A DNA stretch of 64,000 bases. Origin: Somniosus microcephalus (lineage: Eukaryota). Shown one piece after another: positions 60,055 to 64,000 of the stretch. The stretch covers positions 27,094,001 to 27,158,000 of the forward strand of contig CM126218.1 of assembly GCA_052327205.1 (NCBI GenBank). The letters run 5' to 3'. The position numbers were made by a program, and so were the translations under genes. How positions within the stretch are numbered: the stretch's first letter is position 1; the number at the start of each line of letters is the position of its first letter. The notes under the pieces are model-generated. The model had not been told where the DNA came from and made no database searches. It saw only the letters and a list, made by a program, of their open reading frames with translations.

Positions 60055-61465
60055 TTTTTTTAAAATTCATTCTTGGGATATGGGCGTCGCTAGCAAGGCC
60101 AGCATTTATTACCCATCCTAGTTGCCCTTGGGAAGATGGTGTTGGGCCTTCTCCTTGAACTGTTGCTGGCCGTGTAGTGAAGGTACTCCCTCAATGCTGT
60201 TTTTTGACATAGCGACGATGACGGAACAGCGATACCTTTCCAAGTCAGGATATTGTGTGACTTTGAGGGGAACTTGGAGGTGATGGAGTTCCCGTGCGCC
60301 TGCTGTCCTTGTCCTTCTAGGTGGTCGAGGTCGCGGGTTTGGGAGGTGCTGTCGAAGAAGCCTCAGTGAGCTGCTGTGGTGCATCCAGTAGATGGTACAC
60401 ACTGCAGCCACGGTACGCCGGTGCTGGAGGGAGTGAATGTTTAACGTGGTGGATGGGCTGCCGATCAAGCGGACTGCTTTCTCCTGGATGGTGTCGAGCT
60501 TCTTGAGTATTGTTGCAGCCACACCCTTCCAGGCAATTGGAGAGCATTCCATCATACTCCTGACTTGTGATTTGTGGTGGAGAGGCTTTGGGAGCTGAGC
60601 TACTTTCTGCAGAATACCTAGCCTCTGACCTGCTCTAGTATCCACAGCAATTAAGTGACTGGTCCAGTTGATTTTCCGGTCAATGATGACACCCAGGATG
60701 TTGATGGTGGGGGTTCCAGCAATGGTAATGCCATTAAATGTCAAGGAGAGGTGGTTAGCCTCTCTCTTGTTGGAGATGATCACTCCCTGGCACTTGTGCT
60801 GCAGAATTGTTACTTGCCACTTATCAGCCCAAGCCTGAATATTGTCCACATCTTGTTGCATGGACTGCTTCATTATTTGAGGAGTTGTGAATGGCGCTGA
60901 ACACTGTGTAGTCATCAGCGAACATCCTCACTGCTGACCTTATGTTGAAGGGAAGGTCATTGATGAAACAGCTGAAGATGGTTGGGCCTAGGACACTGCC
61001 TTGAAGAACTCCTGCAGCGATGTTTTGGGGCTGAGATGATTGGCCTCCAACAACAACAACCATCTTCTGTTGTGGTAGGTATAACTCCAGCCAGTGGAAA
61101 GTTTTCCCTCCGATCCCCATTGACTTCAGTTTTACTAGGGCTCCTTGATGCCACACTCGGTCAAATGCTGCCTTGATGTCAGTGGCAGTCACTCTCACCT
61201 CACCTCTGGAATTCGGCTCTTTTGTCCATGTTTAGACCAAGGCTGTAATGAGGTCTGGAGCCGAGTAGTTATGTCAGAACTCAAAATGAGCATCGGTGAG
61301 CAGGTTTTTGGTGAGTAAGTGAGTAAGCCACTTGATAGCACTGTCGACGACACCTTCAATCACTTTGCTGATGATTGAGAGTAAGCTGAGAGTCTGGTAA
61401 CTGGCTGGGTTGACTTTGTCCTGCTTTTTGTAGACAGGTCATACCTGGGCAATTATCCACATTGT
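60055..61465 (-). mobile_element. Degenerate 5'-truncated Zenon/CR1-group LINE (RT plus 3' tail)
   Basis: PVYKKQDK.NP..Y, DIKAAFDRVWHQG, GV.QGSVLGP..F, FADD, WADKWQV; the 3' tail matches 8389-8687 and 4990-5120. Confidence 0.9.
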
Positions 61466-61502
61466 GTTAGGTACTGCACATAGAAATGAAAAAGGGAAAC
61501 AC

Positions 61503-63858
61503 AGGCCGGAATTTTATGGGGTGGTAGCGGGTGCGATCGGTGGCGGGTTGGGTGGGAAAGTTGTTACTTTTGATGGCGGATTCCATTTCGCTCCCACGCG
61601 ACTTTCCCCCAGGCGCATCTGTCATCGTGGAGCTGACCAGACCGGCAGCAGCGTGCGACCCAATTGAGATGATTACCTGGTAGTTTACAGGCACTTAAGA
61701 GCCTTTTTTCACTTACCTTTTAAATTTCCCTGCATAGCCACGGAATCCACGCAGCTCGGGAACCACGTCTGTCAACCTGAGGTGGGAGTTCCGTGGCCAT
61801 TGCTCCAGCTGATTACTTGAGGGAGGAGGTATTGGCGATTTTAGCAGGCCTAAAAATGGATAAATCCCCAGGCCCGGATGAAATGTATCCCAGGCTGCTG
61901 TGTGAGGCAAAGGAAGAGATTGCGGGGGCTCTAACACATATATTCAGGACCTCTCTGGCCACAGGGGATGTGCCAGAGGACTGGAGAACCGCTAATGTAG
62001 TACCATTATTCAAGAAGGGAAGTAGGGAAAAACCGGGGAACTACAGGCCAGTGAGCCTAACATCAGTGGTAGGAAAATTATTGGAAAAAATTCTGAGGGA
62101 CAAAATTAGTCTCCACTTGGAGAGACAAGGATTAATCAGGGATAGTCAACATGGCTTTGTCAAGGGAAGATCATGTCTGACTAATTTGATTGAATTTTTT
62201 GAGGGGGTGACTAGGTGTGTGGATGAGGGTAACGCAGTGGATGTGGTATACATGGATTTCAGTAAGGCCTTCGATAAAGTCCCACACAGGAAACTGGTCA
62301 AGAAGGTAAGAGCCCATGGAATCCAGGGTGCCTTGGCACATTGGATACAAAACTGGCTTAGTGGCAGAAGGCAGAGGGTGATGGTCGAAGGTTGTTTTTG
62401 TGACTGGAAGCCTGTGGCCAGTGGGGTGCCACAGGGATCGGTGCTGGGTCCCTTGCTGTTTGTGGTCTACATTAATGACTTGGATATGAATGTAAAGGGT
62501 ATGATCAGTAAGTTCGCGGATGATACAAAAAGTGGTAGGGTGGTAAATAGCGAGGAGGGTAGCCTCAGTCTGCAGGACGATATAGATGGGTTGGTCAGAT
62601 GGGCGGAACAGTGGCAAATGGAATTTAACCCGGAAAAGTGCAAGGTGATGCACTTTGGGGGGACTAATAAGGCAAGGGAATACACAATGAATGGTAAGAC
62701 CCTAGGCAAGACGGAGGTGCAGAGGGATCTGGGTGTGCAAGTACACAGATCCCTGAAGGCGGCGGAACAGGTGGATAAGGTGGTAAAAAAGGCATATGGG
62801 ATACTTGCCTTCATTAGCCGAGGCATAGAATATAAGAGCAAGGAGGTTATGATGGAGCTGTATTAAACATTGGTTAGGCCACAGCTGGAATACTGTGTGC
62901 AGTTGTGGTCGCCACACTACAGGAAGGATGTGATCGCTTTGGAGAGGGTGCAGAGGAGATTCACCAGGATGTTACCAGGGCTGGAGCGCTTCAGCTATGA
63001 AGAAAGACTGGGCAGATTGGGTTTGTTTTCCTTGGAGCAGAGGAGGCTGAGGAGGGACATGATTGAGGTGTACAAAATTATGAGGGGCATAGATAGGATG
63101 GATACTGAGGAGCTTTTTCCCTTAGTAGAGGGGTCAATAACTAGGGGGCATAGATTCAAGGTAAAGGGCGGGAGGTTTAGAGGGGATTTGAGAAAGAACT
63201 TTTTCACCCAGAGGGTGGTTGGAGTCTGGAACTCACTGCCTGAAAGGGTTGTGGAGGCAGGAACCCTCACAACATTGAAGAAGCATTTGGATGAGCACTT
63301 GAAATGCCATAACATACAAGGCTACGGACCAAATGCTGGAATATGGGATTAGATTAGACAGGGCTTGATGGCTGGCACGGACACGGTGGGCCGAAGGGCC
63401 TCTATCCGTGCTGTATAACTCTATGACTCTATGACTCTATGACAGCATCAAATGTTCAGTGAAAGCTCCCACCTGACAGATGATCACTTTCCTCAGGCAG
63501 AAGCTGTTGCTCAGTCCATTTCCAGCACAGATTCTGCAGGCTGCAAGTGTTTCTAGCAAAGTCTCCATCCAGTCTCATCTCATTGGAAGAACTCTTTCAC
63601 CATTGACAGAATGTTTCTGTCATCTGTATTCACCTGCCATCTATTCCATCAACATGGGTGCCATTTATACTGGCTCACCTTGGTCAACAGAAACGGACCA
63701 CGATGAGCCCCAACACCAGCAGCACCAGGCACACCAGCAGCACCAACAATACCAACCTTCTCCGCAATCACCTGATGCTGCACAAAACACAGGGCATCAG
63801 CACCTGAGCACATTGCTGCCTGGGAGGCCAGGGATGGCCTCATCATGGCCAGATTTAG
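61503..63858 (+). mobile_element. Degenerate Harbinger-like element (61503-61818 and 63443-63858) split by CR1
   Basis: TIR-like start GGCCGGAATTTT; 63699-63858 is homologous to 2325-2490 inside the Harbinger relic at 1780-3562. Confidence 0.6.
61819..63442 (+). mobile_element. 5'-truncated young CR1, same subfamily as 37194-40455
   Basis: The protein is almost identical to the C-terminal half of the 956-aa ORF2; one nonsense change (TAA at 62864-66); (ACTCTATG)3 tail. Confidence 0.96.
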
Positions 63859-63859
63859 T

Positions 63860-64000
63860 TAAGAACATATGAATTTAAGAAATAGGAGCTGGAGTAGGCC
63901 ATTTTGCCCTTCAAACCTGCTCCGCCATTCAACAAGATCATGGCTGATCTTCTACCTCAACTCCATCTTCCCGCACTATTCCCCTATCCCATAATTCCCT
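63860..64000 (-). mobile_element. CR1 3' tail running off the window end
   Basis: AAGAACATA..GAAATAGGAGC.GGAGTAGGCCA..CCTGCTCCGCCATTCAA.AAGATCATGG, like 49436-49520. Confidence 0.8.

Overview
This is eukaryotic, vertebrate-type DNA, and the repeat repertoire (CR1 LINEs with esterase ORF1, SacSINE1/DeuSINE-like SINEs, a Penelope terminal repeat, many Harbinger families) points to a cartilaginous fish; that assignment is an inference. I found no host protein-coding gene, and the window is dominated by nested transposable elements. Best-supported features: (1) a complete 4.3-kb PIF/Harbinger transposon (17682-21976) with perfect 16-bp TIRs, a TAT TSD, an intact DDE transposase and a convergent 3-exon Myb/SANT gene whose first splice donor reads AT instead of GT; (2) a young, intact Ty3/Gypsy element (25571-29968, minus strand, CTGCT TSD) with no tRNA primer-binding site, a 13-nt post-LTR segment complementary to its own LTR (candidate self-priming) and a YLDN RT motif; (3) a decayed envelope-bearing retrovirus-like element (33474-42791, GTAT TSD, tRNA-Lys PBS, coiled-coil Gag, integrase, env with furin site/fusion peptide/heptad repeat) resembling lokiretroviruses and interrupted by a young CR1; (4) a Zenon/CR1-like LINE with a tRNA-derived Pol III head, its bipartite SINE derivative and a Penelope hammerhead remnant; (5) a 1.59-kb orphan TG..CA element with a 4-bp TSD. 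Many CR1, L2, RTE, SINE and MITE relics fill the rest. All alignments and family assignments were made by eye or from memory, not by database search.
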